Shown here: in pieces, positions 36,297 through 46,246 of the stretch | Position numbering within the stretch: position 1 is the first letter of the stretch | Layout of the letters: each line of letters begins with the position of its first letter | DNA from: Bacteroidetes bacterium ADurb.Bin217 | GTDB taxonomy: Bacteria > Bacteroidota > Bacteroidia > Bacteroidales > UBA1715 | DNA length: 64,000 nt | Assembly (NCBI GenBank): GCA_002069975.1 | Contig: MWCJ01000003.1 | Span: 17,657 to 81,656, forward strand | Direction of reading: 5' to 3' | Made by a program: the position numbers and the translations under genes | The notes under the pieces: generated by a model | Seen by the model: the letters and a program-made list of their open reading frames with translations, nothing else | Database searches by the model: none | Told to the model about the DNA's origin: nothing

Positions 36297-36932
36297 TTAT
36301 TCAGCAACAATTTCGTCTGCAACTTTAACTTCGATTGACATATAATCTTCGTCACCGTAGTATACACCATCATTATCAGCATCTACAACTGCATTAATTT
36401 TAATTAATCCATATTTTCCTGCAGCTGTTTTGAAAGCTACAACATCACCATCTTTAAGATTGTAAATACGAGTTGCACCATTACTGTTACCATTGGTAGC
36501 TAATGTACCATCAGTATAAGCCGCTTCAATTGCAGCACCTGTAACAACATCAGCATAAACTACTGAAGTAGAAGCAAATGTAGTAACATTTAAAGTTGCA
36601 GTTGGATACAATGCAGCTAAATCATACGCTGTAGTTAAATAATCACTTGGAGAAGCTAAAGAAGCTTTTGCAGTTCCTCCATAGAAATAACCAAAATCAA
36701 TATCAGCAGAATTTGTTTCAAAATCTGTAACAGCTACGGTAGTTCCTGTTGAATATTTGAAGAATGTTAAAGAAGTACTATCTGCAGTAGGAGCAAATAA
36801 TAATTTTGCAGAATATACTTTTACAGTATCTGTGTTTACTGTAATATCATCACCTTCGTCTTCACCACATGATGTAAAAAAACCTAAAGAAACAATCATT
36901 CCTAATAAGAAAATCCAATTTACTTTTTTCAT
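36297..36932 (-). CDS. hypothetical lipoprotein with DxDxDG-like calcium-binding motif
   Basis: Lipobox FFTSCG and a VVDADNDGVYYGDEDY segment. The composition is Thr/Ala/Gly-rich and unlike the neighbouring genes. Confidence 0.5.
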   Translation of the reverse strand: MKKVNWIFLLGMIVSLGFFTSCGEDEGDDITVNTDTVKVYSAKLLFAPTADSTSLTFFKYSTGTTVAVTDFETNSADIDFGYFYGGTAKASLASPSDYLTTAYDLAALYPTATLNVTTFASTSVVYADVVTGAAIEAAYTDGTLATNGNSNGATRIYNLKDGDVVAFKTAAGKYGLIKINAVVDADNDGVYYGDEDYMSIEVKVADEIVAE

Positions 36933-37041
36933 AATTTCTAAAATTTTTAATGTTAATATAATATTTGTTTGTTCGTTTATATGTTAAATATTTGACAAAT
37001 GTAATTATATTTTTAATATAACAAAATATAATTTACATTTT

Positions 37042-37410
37042 TTATGGTATTTCAAAGGGCAACGAATAATTCAACAAACTACCTCCCGGACTTGTGGTAA
37101 CAGTTTTAGACAATACAACAACAGAGTCTTTTTGATGCATCCAAAGTCTAAATTCTACTTGCTCTTGCGCATCGCCATGAATTACCGACGACACATATGC
37201 TTTGTTGTCTACCATAAACACCGGCGCTATCATTCTACACTCATTTTGTACAAATGCACCAACCACATCACCCTGTTTTGCGGGAAAAGCATTAAGAGTA
37301 ACCTCAGCCGAAAAAATTGTAGACTGCATATAATTAACACGTTGCCACCCATGGTCTGCCATTACAACATAACTTGCTATAAGTAATAGTGCAATAATAA
37401 TTTTTTTCAT
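37042..37410 (-). CDS. hypothetical secreted protein
   Basis: Signal peptide MKKIIIALLLIASYVVMA. Confidence 0.45.
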   Translation of the reverse strand: MKKIIIALLLIASYVVMADHGWQRVNYMQSTIFSAEVTLNAFPAKQGDVVGAFVQNECRMIAPVFMVDNKAYVSSVIHGDAQEQVEFRLWMHQKDSVVVLSKTVTTSPGGSLLNYSLPFEIP

Positions 37411-37454
37411 ACTTTTACCATTATTTAATTATGGATTAAAAATACTCAATAAAA

Positions 37455-38234
37455 TTGAAATTCACAGTAAAAATAGCGGTTTTTTCTCTTTTTATATCTG
37501 CATGTAGCGATAAACAAGATAGAATAAATACAAATATACACCACTCTCAAATTACAATAACATATCTGCCTCCTGTACAAAAAAAAAATAAACTATTACC
37601 ATTCGAAGTACTATTAGTAAACCATGGCTTTGTAAACATGCAACACATTGATTCTTCTATACAATGCGACCTTAGATATAGCACAACTCATAATTTTGTA
37701 GGTATAGACATGTATGGAGATTTTAATGCATGTTACGTTCCTCGCGATATCGCATTGCGATTACATAGAGTTCAAAAACAATTACAGGCAATTGATTCAT
37801 TATATTCTCTTGTAATTTTAGATGCTGTTCGCCCACTTCACATTCAACAAATTATGTGGGATTCATGTTCATATAGCGGACGTCAAAAGAAGAATTTTTT
37901 AGCTCCCCCATCGCAAACATCATTACATAATTACGGAGCTGCAGTAGATGTAACCTTAGCATATAATGGTAGCGAAGTTGATATGGGAACCGCATTTGAT
38001 TATGCAGGTGAAGCTGCATACACCTATATAGAACAAGAATTATTAACGTACAATAAAATAACTCGCGAGCAACTCTATAATCGTACATTATTACGTTCGG
38101 TAATGAAACAACAAGGGTTTATAGAAAATAAATACGAGTGGTGGCATTTTGGAGCATGTTATCGTTCGCAAGTAGCAAAAAAATATCCACTTGTACTTTC
38201 TTTTGATTCAATTGTTCCCAATCATCAATTTTGA
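37455..38234 (+). CDS. M15 family D-alanyl-D-alanine dipeptidase (VanX/DdpX-like)
   Basis: Zinc ligand motifs SLHNYGAAVDV and EWWHF. The start codon is TTG, followed by a lipoprotein signal. Confidence 0.75.
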   Translation: MKFTVKIAVFSLFISACSDKQDRINTNIHHSQITITYLPPVQKKNKLLPFEVLLVNHGFVNMQHIDSSIQCDLRYSTTHNFVGIDMYGDFNACYVPRDIALRLHRVQKQLQAIDSLYSLVILDAVRPLHIQQIMWDSCSYSGRQKKNFLAPPSQTSLHNYGAAVDVTLAYNGSEVDMGTAFDYAGEAAYTYIEQELLTYNKITREQLYNRTLLRSVMKQQGFIENKYEWWHFGACYRSQVAKKYPLVLSFDSIVPNHQF

Positions 38235-38364
38235 ATTTTGAGTTATATATAAATTGAAAGAATTTTCCCAACTTGTAGTTACTTTTTTTTCACCACACAC
38301 CTGTTTCGCATTGGCAAATTACTCAGATATATATTTGTAATTCTATCAATAATGAATAATTAAT

Positions 38365-38452
38365 TCCCTAAAATACCCCTAACCCTCTAACCTCTTATAC
38401 CCCTAACCCCTTATACCCCTATACCCTTACACCCCTATACCCTATACCCTTC
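38365..38452. repeat. G-free degenerate octamer tandem repeat (ATACCCCT-like, ~10 units)
   Basis: The sequence is CCCTAAAATACCCCTAACCCTCTAACCTCTTATACCCCTAACCCCTTATACCCCTATACCCTTACACCCCTATACCCTATACCCTTC. It contains no G on the plus strand. Confidence 0.8.
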
Positions 38453-38471
38453 AAAAATGTGAACAGAGAAT

Positions 38472-38502
38472 AAAAAAAGGCTGTCGTTTATAGCGACAGC
38501 CT
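38472..38502 (-). terminator. rho-independent terminator of hppA
   Basis: Stem GGCTGTCG/CGACAGCC (38479-38502) followed by a T-run on the minus strand (A-run 38472-38478). Confidence 0.75.
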
Positions 38503-38533
38503 TCCTGTATAATTTAAATGTGTATATTTTTAT

Positions 38534-40825
38534 CTAGAAAATACTAAATGCTACTGTAACACCAGACATAACCACAGAAACCATAGTCATTAATTTAATA
38601 AGAATATTAAGTGAAGGCCCCGAAGTATCCTTAAACGGATCACCAACAGTATCACCGGTTACCGCAGCTTTATGAGTATCAGAACCTTTACCACCATAAT
38701 TACCTTTTTCAACGAATTTTTTAGCATTATCCCAAGCACCACCTGAATTATTTAACATAATTGCTAAAGTAAAACCAGTAGTTAAACCACCAACTAATAA
38801 ACCTACAACTCCTGCAACACCTAATAAAATACCAACAACAAGCGGAACAATAATAGCTAACAACGAAGGCAATAGCATTTCGCGTTGAGCACCTTTAGTT
38901 GAAATAGCTACACAACTTGCATAGTCAGGTGTTCCTGTTCCTTCCATAATACCTGGTATTTCTCTAAATTGACGACGAACCTCATCAACCATTGAACCGG
39001 CAGCACGACCAACAGCTTTCATAGTCATAGCCGAAAATACAAAAGCCATCATACCACCAATAAATATCCCACTTAATAAAATAGGATTAAACAATGATAA
39101 ATCATAAAAATATGAAAAATCTCGTAACGTTGCTGAAGATATTTCTACGACTCTTACTGTTGAGTCACTTACTAAATCACCGGCAGTTTTAACAAACTGC
39201 ACTCCATTTTGAGAAAAAGATTCACCGGCAGCTAAGCCTTTATTTATCCAAATTTTAATTTCCTCAATATAAGCTGCCAATAAAGCTAATGCCGTTAAAC
39301 CAGCTGAACCAATAGCAAAACCTTTACCGGTAGCAGCTGTAGTATTTCCTAACATATCAAGAGCATCAGTACGTTCACGCACTTCTTTTGGTAAATGAGC
39401 CATTTCAGCATTTCCACCTGCATTATCGGCAATAGGACCAAATGCATCGGTTGCCAATGTTATACCTAAAGTAGATAGCATACCTACTGCAGCGAAACCT
39501 ATACCGTATACACCCATTGCAAAATTTTCAAACCCACCTGCAAAACCATATGCTCCAATAATACCAAGGACTATAGTAACTACAGGTATCCAAGTAGAAT
39601 ACATACCTACTGCTATACCGTCTATAATTGTAGTTGCAGGACCTTGTTGTGCATTTCGAGCAATACCTTTAGTTGGACCATATCCATCAGATGTAAAATA
39701 CTCTGTACCTTGACCAATAATTACCCCTGCCAATAACCCTGACACTACTGAGCCAAAGATTCCCCATGTAATCCAACCTGCCGAAGCCATAAACGCTATT
39801 GCAATAAGAATTAACACAGAACTTCCACCGGTACCTATCAATAAAGAATTCAACAAACTTTTTGCAGTTGCAGTTTCTTTGGTGCGAACCATAAAAATAC
39901 CAATGATAGACAAAATAATACCAATTGCAGCTACAACCATAGGAGCAACCACAAAATTTACTTGATCTACAGGATTTACAGATAATGCAGCACCTAATGC
40001 CGCAGTTGCTAAAATTGAACCGGCATATGACTCGTATAAGTCAGCCCCCATTCCGGCAACATCACCAACATTATCACCAACATTATCAGCAATTGTTGCA
40101 GGATTTCGCGGATCGTCTTCAGGGATTCCCGCTTCAACTTTACCAACTAAATCAGCACCTACATCGGCAGCTTTTGTATATATACCACCACCAACACGAG
40201 CAAACAATGCTTGTGTTGAAGCACCCATTCCAAATGTCAACATAGTAGCTGTAATTTCTATTAGCTTATGAGACTCTTCCATTCCTGGATGCACAAGTTG
40301 AATACCTAATAAATTATATCCATTAATTAAATGTTCCGGAGTATATATTACTTCTGTTAATAAAAAATACCATGCAGCTATATCCAACAATGCAAAACCA
40401 ACAACTACTAACCCCATAACAGCTCCAGACCTAAATGCTACTTGTAATCCTTTATTTAGTGACTGTGAAGCTCCAAATGCAGTTCGTGCTGATGCATTGG
40501 TTGCTGTTTTCATTCCCAAAAATCCACAAAGTCCCGAAAAAATACCTCCCGTTAAAAATGCTACGGGAACAAATGGATTTTGAACTCCCATAATAGCTAA
40601 AACGATAAATAAAATAAACAAAATAATAAACACAATACCCACGACTTTATACTGACGCTTTAAATACGCCATTGCACCTTCGCGAACATATTGCGCAATT
40701 TCTTTCATTTTATCTGTTCCTTCTGAATGTTTCATCATACTTTTGTAGAAAAACCAGGCAAATGTCAATGCTATTATTGAACATACGGGAACCAACCAAA
40801 TCATAGAATTAATTGCAACTAACAT
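38534..40825 (-). CDS. hppA: membrane-bound proton/sodium-translocating pyrophosphatase
   Basis: [30 protein letters not shown] and [17 protein letters not shown] motifs, with ~16 TM helices. Confidence 0.95.
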   Translation of the reverse strand: MLVAINSMIWLVPVCSIIALTFAWFFYKSMMKHSEGTDKMKEIAQYVREGAMAYLKRQYKVVGIVFIILFILFIVLAIMGVQNPFVPVAFLTGGIFSGLCGFLGMKTATNASARTAFGASQSLNKGLQVAFRSGAVMGLVVVGFALLDIAAWYFLLTEVIYTPEHLINGYNLLGIQLVHPGMEESHKLIEITATMLTFGMGASTQALFARVGGGIYTKAADVGADLVGKVEAGIPEDDPRNPATIADNVGDNVGDVAGMGADLYESYAGSILATAALGAALSVNPVDQVNFVVAPMVVAAIGIILSIIGIFMVRTKETATAKSLLNSLLIGTGGSSVLILIAIAFMASAGWITWGIFGSVVSGLLAGVIIGQGTEYFTSDGYGPTKGIARNAQQGPATTIIDGIAVGMYSTWIPVVTIVLGIIGAYGFAGGFENFAMGVYGIGFAAVGMLSTLGITLATDAFGPIADNAGGNAEMAHLPKEVRERTDALDMLGNTTAATGKGFAIGSAGLTALALLAAYIEEIKIWINKGLAAGESFSQNGVQFVKTAGDLVSDSTVRVVEISSATLRDFSYFYDLSLFNPILLSGIFIGGMMAFVFSAMTMKAVGRAAGSMVDEVRRQFREIPGIMEGTGTPDYASCVAISTKGAQREMLLPSLLAIIVPLVVGILLGVAGVVGLLVGGLTTGFTLAIMLNNSGGAWDNAKKFVEKGNYGGKGSDTHKAAVTGDTVGDPFKDTSGPSLNILIKLMTMVSVVMSGVTVAFSIF

Positions 40826-41115
40826 ACTTTACATTTTTAAAATTATACATGTTTTTAATTTTCAAATCAAAAATAATAGTTTTTATAATACCACTGACTG
40901 TTATTTTGTAATTATTTTATGTTATACATCATGTATTTTTACGTATTGTCACACTCCTCGCCTGTAATAATATCAGATTATCATCAAAAAAACCTATAAT
41001 AATTACATTTTTAAAAATTATTTCCAATTTTAATTACAGTTTTTATTGTTATTACAATTATTTCTTAAAAACATATACATACTTATAATATATTTACATA
41101 ATCCATGTTTCTACC

Positions 41116-41123
41116 TATATTTG
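41116..41123 (+). promoter_or_regulatory. Bacteroidota -7 promoter box
   Basis: TATATTTG lies ~77 nt upstream of the GTG start at 41200. Confidence 0.3.
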
Positions 41124-41199
41124 CAAAAAAAAATTTTCAAATAAGGAAACGAAATAAAAATAAAACGTATCTTTGAGAAAAAATTAAAAAAAACTATTT

Positions 41200-43509
41200 G
41201 TGAAACATATACTTCTTTTCATTTTATTATTTACTGCAAGTATTAGCTATGCTCAAAAATACACTATAAGCGGCTATGTAAAAGATGCTTCAACCGGTGA
41301 AGTTTTAATAGGAGCATCAATATTTATTGTGGGAACCAATAATGGCACATTTACAAATTATTATGGTTTTTATTCAATTTCGCTCGAAAAAGGTAATTAT
41401 CAAGTAGAATACTCTTATTTAGGGTATACAACTACAACAAACTTTGTAAATTTAACAGCAAATAAAACTCAGAATATTGAATTGAGTGAAAGCGTTGAAA
41501 AATTACAAACAGTAGTAGTAAGTGCAGAAGCTCGCGACAAAAATGTTTCGTCTACCGAAATGGGGACACAAGCTTTGCAGATGGCAGAAATTAAAAATAT
41601 TCCTGTACTATTTGGCGAAAATGATGTATTGAAAACAATTCAATTAATGCCCGGTGTTAAAAGTGCCGGCGAGGGCAATAGTGGTTTCTTTGTGCGTGGT
41701 GGTGGTGCCGACCAAAATTTAGTATTACTTGACGAAGCTCCGGTGTATAACGCTTCTCACATGCTTGGTTTCTTCTCTGTTTTCAATGGCGATGCTATAC
41801 GTGATGTGAAACTATACAAAGGCAACATGCCTGCCGAATATGGTGGACGACTTTCATCGGTGCTGGACATTAAAATGAAAGAAGGTAATATGAAATCGTA
41901 TCATGCTACGGGGGGTATTGGATTAATTTCATCGCGATTAGCAATAGAAGGTCCAATTATAAAAGATACGAGTTCATTTATAATTGCGGCACGAAGAACA
42001 TATGCCGATATGTTTTTAGTTTTTGCAAAAGATACTAATTTAAAGAAAACAAAATTATTTTTCTACGACCTAAATCTTAAAACAAATTACACGTTTAATG
42101 AAAACAATCGACTGTTTGTTTCGGGTTATTTTGGGCGTGATATATTTAAATTTCAAGAAATGTTTGGTACAGACTGGGGCAATGCAACCGGAACAGTTCG
42201 ATGGGTACACTTATTTTCACCAAAAATATTTTTAAATTCTACATTTGTTTATAGCAGTTTTGACAATGTTATTTCGGTAAATTCAGGTGTAGCAAACATT
42301 GATTTGAAAATGGGTATAAACGATATATCTATAAAAGAAGATTTTCAATGGTACGCAAATACTAAAAACACTGTAAAATTTGGGTTCGAATCTATTTATC
42401 ATACATTTAACCCGGGAGAACTTACTACCGATATGGAAGGTGTTGAAATTTCTATTGACAGAAAATATGCCTTAGAAACAGGCTTATATATAAGTAACGA
42501 ACAATCGTTAAACGATTTTATAAAATTAAAATACGGAATTCGTTTTTCAACATTTAATATAATGGGACCGGGAACTACCTATACATATAATGACGACCAT
42601 GAAATAACTGACAGTGCGGAATATAAAGGAAAAACATTTATAAAATCATACCCAGCTTTAGAACCTCGTTTTGCAGGCACATTTCGAATAAATGCTTCAA
42701 GTTCTATAAAAGCAGCTTATACTCGAAATAATCAATATGTACATTTAATTCAAAGTTCTACAGTAAGTTTACCTATGGATTACTGGATACCAAGTACCGA
42801 GCTTACACCACCCCAAATTTGTAGTCAATATTCATTAGGATATTTTAGAAATTTCAAAGAAAACATTTACGAATCGTCTATTGAATTATATTATAAAGAT
42901 TTAGATAGTCAAATTGATTATGAAAATGGAACAAATGTTTTTTTGAATCCAAATGTCGAAAGTTATTTAGTATTTGGCGAAGGCCGTTCGTACGGGGCTG
43001 AATTTTTAATTAAAAAAAGTGCCGGAACGCTTACCGGATGGATTGGCTATACACTTTCAAAAACAGAAAAAAAATTCAAAGAATTAAACAATGCCAACTG
43101 GTTCCCTACCCGTTACGATAGAACTCACGATGTATCGGTAGTAGCTATGTACGACGTTAATAAGCGGTTACAAATATCGGCAACATGGGTATTTTCTACA
43201 GGCGACGCTATCACATTCCCAAGTGGAAGCTACGAAATCGAAGAATTTACCGTAAATTATTATACCGAACGCAATGGATACCGAATGCCAAACTATCACA
43301 GAGCCGATTTAGGTGTAACCTATAAAGTAAACAAAAGCGAACGATATAGCTCTAACTTGAACCTTTCTATTTATAATGTATATAACAGAAAAAATCCATA
43401 CATGATTTATTTTGAACCAAAAGATGAAAAAAATCCAAAAGAACTTCAAGCTGTAAAAGTAACATTGTTCCCTGCATTACCATCAATTACCTGGAATTTC
43501 TCTTTTTAA
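41200..43509 (+). CDS. TonB-dependent receptor with N-terminal carboxypeptidase-regulatory-like domain
   Basis: YTISGYVKDASTGEVLIGASI (CarbopepD_reg-like), a plug region, and a barrel ending WNFSF. Confidence 0.85.
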   Translation: MKHILLFILLFTASISYAQKYTISGYVKDASTGEVLIGASIFIVGTNNGTFTNYYGFYSISLEKGNYQVEYSYLGYTTTTNFVNLTANKTQNIELSESVEKLQTVVVSAEARDKNVSSTEMGTQALQMAEIKNIPVLFGENDVLKTIQLMPGVKSAGEGNSGFFVRGGGADQNLVLLDEAPVYNASHMLGFFSVFNGDAIRDVKLYKGNMPAEYGGRLSSVLDIKMKEGNMKSYHATGGIGLISSRLAIEGPIIKDTSSFIIAARRTYADMFLVFAKDTNLKKTKLFFYDLNLKTNYTFNENNRLFVSGYFGRDIFKFQEMFGTDWGNATGTVRWVHLFSPKIFLNSTFVYSSFDNVISVNSGVANIDLKMGINDISIKEDFQWYANTKNTVKFGFESIYHTFNPGELTTDMEGVEISIDRKYALETGLYISNEQSLNDFIKLKYGIRFSTFNIMGPGTTYTYNDDHEITDSAEYKGKTFIKSYPALEPRFAGTFRINASSSIKAAYTRNNQYVHLIQSSTVSLPMDYWIPSTELTPPQICSQYSLGYFRNFKENIYESSIELYYKDLDSQIDYENGTNVFLNPNVESYLVFGEGRSYGAEFLIKKSAGTLTGWIGYTLSKTEKKFKELNNANWFPTRYDRTHDVSVVAMYDVNKRLQISATWVFSTGDAITFPSGSYEIEEFTVNYYTERNGYRMPNYHRADLGVTYKVNKSERYSSNLNLSIYNVYNRKNPYMIYFEPKDEKNPKELQAVKVTLFPALPSITWNFSF

Positions 43510-43517
43510 CTATACCC

Positions 43518-44342
43518 ATGAAACACTCAAAAATATATACTATAAGCATACTAATTCTTGCATTATTACCTTTTTTACTAACAAATTGCGAAGAAGTAAT
43601 GAAAGATTTTGAACTCAAAAAAACACAAGCTCAAATAGTAATTGATGCTCAATGTTCATCGTTTACCAATACTGCAATTGTAAAAATTACCAAAACAGGA
43701 GATTATATGAATCCCGGTGAATATCCAAAGGTTTCTGATGCTATAGTTACACTTTCATTTAATGATACAACAATAGTATTACCCGAAGAATTCCCCGGAG
43801 AATATTATAAATATCACAATTTTCCGGAAAATACCTTATATACAATTTCTGTTACTATAGATTCTAAGGTTTATACAGCACAATCGTTTATGCCTAAAAA
43901 AGTAGAACTAACCAATCTCTCATATCGAGTTTCTGAGTATTCTTCGTATATGCAAACATACCCCGGAGAATTATTTTATGTTTCAAAAATGGAATTCTTG
44001 GATCCTCAAAACGAGACTAATTATTATAGAATTAAAATTACAAAAAACGACACATTATTTAAATCGGCAAACGATATATTACTTACCGACGATATATATT
44101 TTAATTCCGACACCATTGAATATGAACCATTTTATTTTTTTAAAACAAACGACCGTGTAACGTTTGAATTTATGTCGATTGATAAAGCTAATTATTTATA
44201 TTACACAACCTTAGTTCAAGCTATGACATCAACAGGCAATTTTTCGGTACCCGACAATCCAACATCAAATTTTACAGGTAAAGTTTTAGGCAGGTTTATA
44301 GCATACTCGTCGGATACCTTAAGCATTAGAATAAGTGAATAA
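43518..44342 (+). CDS. DUF4249-like lipoprotein
   Basis: Lipobox LLTNC. This is the usual partner downstream of CarbopepD_reg TonB receptors. The family name is from memory. Confidence 0.55.
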   Translation: MKHSKIYTISILILALLPFLLTNCEEVMKDFELKKTQAQIVIDAQCSSFTNTAIVKITKTGDYMNPGEYPKVSDAIVTLSFNDTTIVLPEEFPGEYYKYHNFPENTLYTISVTIDSKVYTAQSFMPKKVELTNLSYRVSEYSSYMQTYPGELFYVSKMEFLDPQNETNYYRIKITKNDTLFKSANDILLTDDIYFNSDTIEYEPFYFFKTNDRVTFEFMSIDKANYLYYTTLVQAMTSTGNFSVPDNPTSNFTGKVLGRFIAYSSDTLSIRISE

Positions 44343-45612
44343 TATGACATTAGCATTTCGCACACTTATTTTCATTGTATTATTTTGCTTTTCAAGTATT
44401 GTTTATTCTCAAGAAATGCAGGAAACTGTATACGATACAAAGGTTAAAACCATACAATTTTACAATAGTACTAATCCTTTAGAATCGCCAATAATCACAC
44501 TACAATCGGCACAAACTCTTACATTAGAATTTGATATTCTTACCCAAGAAATCCCCGATTTACACTATAGAATTATAGCATGCGACAAAAATTGGAACAA
44601 GGCACAACTGTTACAACAAGAATATTTACAAACAATTGGATTATTAGAATTTGAAACAATTCAGCATTCTATAAACACTACCACTCAATATATACATTTT
44701 GCTACCGAATTTCCCAATTCTAATATTTCTTTCCTCATTTCCGGAAATTATTTAGTTCAAGTATTTGATGACTATACAGAAAAAATTCTGTTTCAACGAA
44801 GATGTATGGTTGTAGAAAATCTTATTACAATAGAAGCAAATCAACGACGACCAAAACTTGTCGAGATTATGGATTCACATCAGGCAATAGATATTTCATT
44901 GCTATGGGAACAATTCCCAATTTCAAATCCATTGCAAGATATTCATGTATTGGTTCAACAAAACAATAGATGGGATAACTCACGTTGGCTTGATAAACCG
45001 AGCCACGTATACATGCAGTCTATGAAGTACACAACCGAACCGCACAATTGTTGGCATGGAAATGCAGAGTTTACACAATTTAATTTTAAGAACATGGTGT
45101 ATGCCGGAGAATACATTCAGAGAATAGACCGAACAACCAACTCATATACAGTATTATTAGAACCTAACCAAATTCAAACCTATAAACCATACATATATAG
45201 AGGCGATTTAAACGGCAATTTTCTACCATCTCACGATATTTCGCCCAACGACGCCGCAACTGTTGCAGATTATGCAACGGTTCTCATAAGCTTAGCATAC
45301 AGAAAACAATGGTACGACACGCTTGATATTTATGTAGTAGGCGGCTTCAACAATTGGCTTTTAACAACAGAAAACCGAATGATGTATAACGACACATTAG
45401 GTCAGTATACGGCTTCGTTATTTTTAAAACAAGGATATTATGACTATGCACTCGCTTTTGTTTCGAACGATAAAAAGCATATATTTACACACGAAATAGA
45501 AGGAAGTTATTATCAAACAGAAAACAAGTACGAAATATTTGTATTTCATTACGATATTTCAAAAGGATACGATAGAATAATTGCGTATCAAACAATTCAA
45601 ACAAAAAAATAA
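44335..45612 (+). CDS. type IX secretion system plug protein-like (DUF5103)
   Basis: VKTIQFYNSTNPLESPIITLQSAQTLTLEFDIL ... YRIIACDKNWN matches the pattern I recall for the T9SS plug N-terminal domain. Confidence 0.55.
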   Translation: MNNMTLAFRTLIFIVLFCFSSIVYSQEMQETVYDTKVKTIQFYNSTNPLESPIITLQSAQTLTLEFDILTQEIPDLHYRIIACDKNWNKAQLLQQEYLQTIGLLEFETIQHSINTTTQYIHFATEFPNSNISFLISGNYLVQVFDDYTEKILFQRRCMVVENLITIEANQRRPKLVEIMDSHQAIDISLLWEQFPISNPLQDIHVLVQQNNRWDNSRWLDKPSHVYMQSMKYTTEPHNCWHGNAEFTQFNFKNMVYAGEYIQRIDRTTNSYTVLLEPNQIQTYKPYIYRGDLNGNFLPSHDISPNDAATVADYATVLISLAYRKQWYDTLDIYVVGGFNNWLLTTENRMMYNDTLGQYTASLFLKQGYYDYALAFVSNDKKHIFTHEIEGSYYQTENKYEIFVFHYDISKGYDRIIAYQTIQTKK

Positions 45613-45616
45613 AACT

Positions 45617-46204
45617 ATGATTATTCAGCAAGCAACGTTTGTTAAAAGCAGTACAACTATAGAACAATGCCCAAAAAAAGTTATTCCGGAATTTGCATTT
45701 ATCGGACGTTCTAATGTTGGTAAATCTTCTCTAATTAATATGCTAACCAACAACCGCAAACTCGCTAAAATATCGGGCACTCCGGGTAAAACACAAACAA
45801 TAAATCACTTTATCATTAACAATGCTTGGTATTTAGTAGACTTACCGGGATATGGATTTGCAAAAGTTAGCAAACAAAATCGTAGTGAGTTTGCAAAAAT
45901 TATTCAAGATTATGTTCTCAAACGAAAAGAATTGGTGTGTCTATTTGTTCTTATAGACAGTCGCCACGAACCACAAGCAGTTGATTTAGAATTTTTACGC
46001 TTACTAGGTGAACACGGTATCCCGTTTTGTATCATTTTTACGAAAACAGATAAACTAAAACCGGGAGCATTAGACAGAAACATTCAACACTATAGCAATA
46101 CATTAATACAAGAATGGGAAGTGCTCCCTACTCTATTTCATTCTTCATCAACAACTAAAACTGGGAGAGAAGAAATTTTACAATACATCGAAAATTTATT
46201 ATAA
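45617..46204 (+). CDS. engB: ribosome biogenesis GTP-binding protein YsxC/EngB
   Basis: The start is reset to MIIQQATF. G1 is GRSNVGKSSLIN, G3 is DLPGYG, and G4 is TKTDK. Confidence 0.9.
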   Translation: MIIQQATFVKSSTTIEQCPKKVIPEFAFIGRSNVGKSSLINMLTNNRKLAKISGTPGKTQTINHFIINNAWYLVDLPGYGFAKVSKQNRSEFAKIIQDYVLKRKELVCLFVLIDSRHEPQAVDLEFLRLLGEHGIPFCIIFTKTDKLKPGALDRNIQHYSNTLIQEWEVLPTLFHSSSTTKTGREEILQYIENLL

Positions 46205-46246
46205 CACATTACAATTTATTACTATTTTATGTAATTTTGTTCTATA

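Noticed and set aside
38365-38452. Telomere-like CCCTAA repeats implying a linear replicon end.
   Set aside because: The tract is internal, lying between two ordinary convergent genes. It is degenerate with an 8 nt period and occurs in only one copy in the window.
40826-41199. Possible riboswitch (for example cobalamin) upstream of the TonB-dependent receptor.
   Set aside because: The region is almost pure AT with no conserved GC-rich helices. Only a promoter-like TATATTTG box is apparent.
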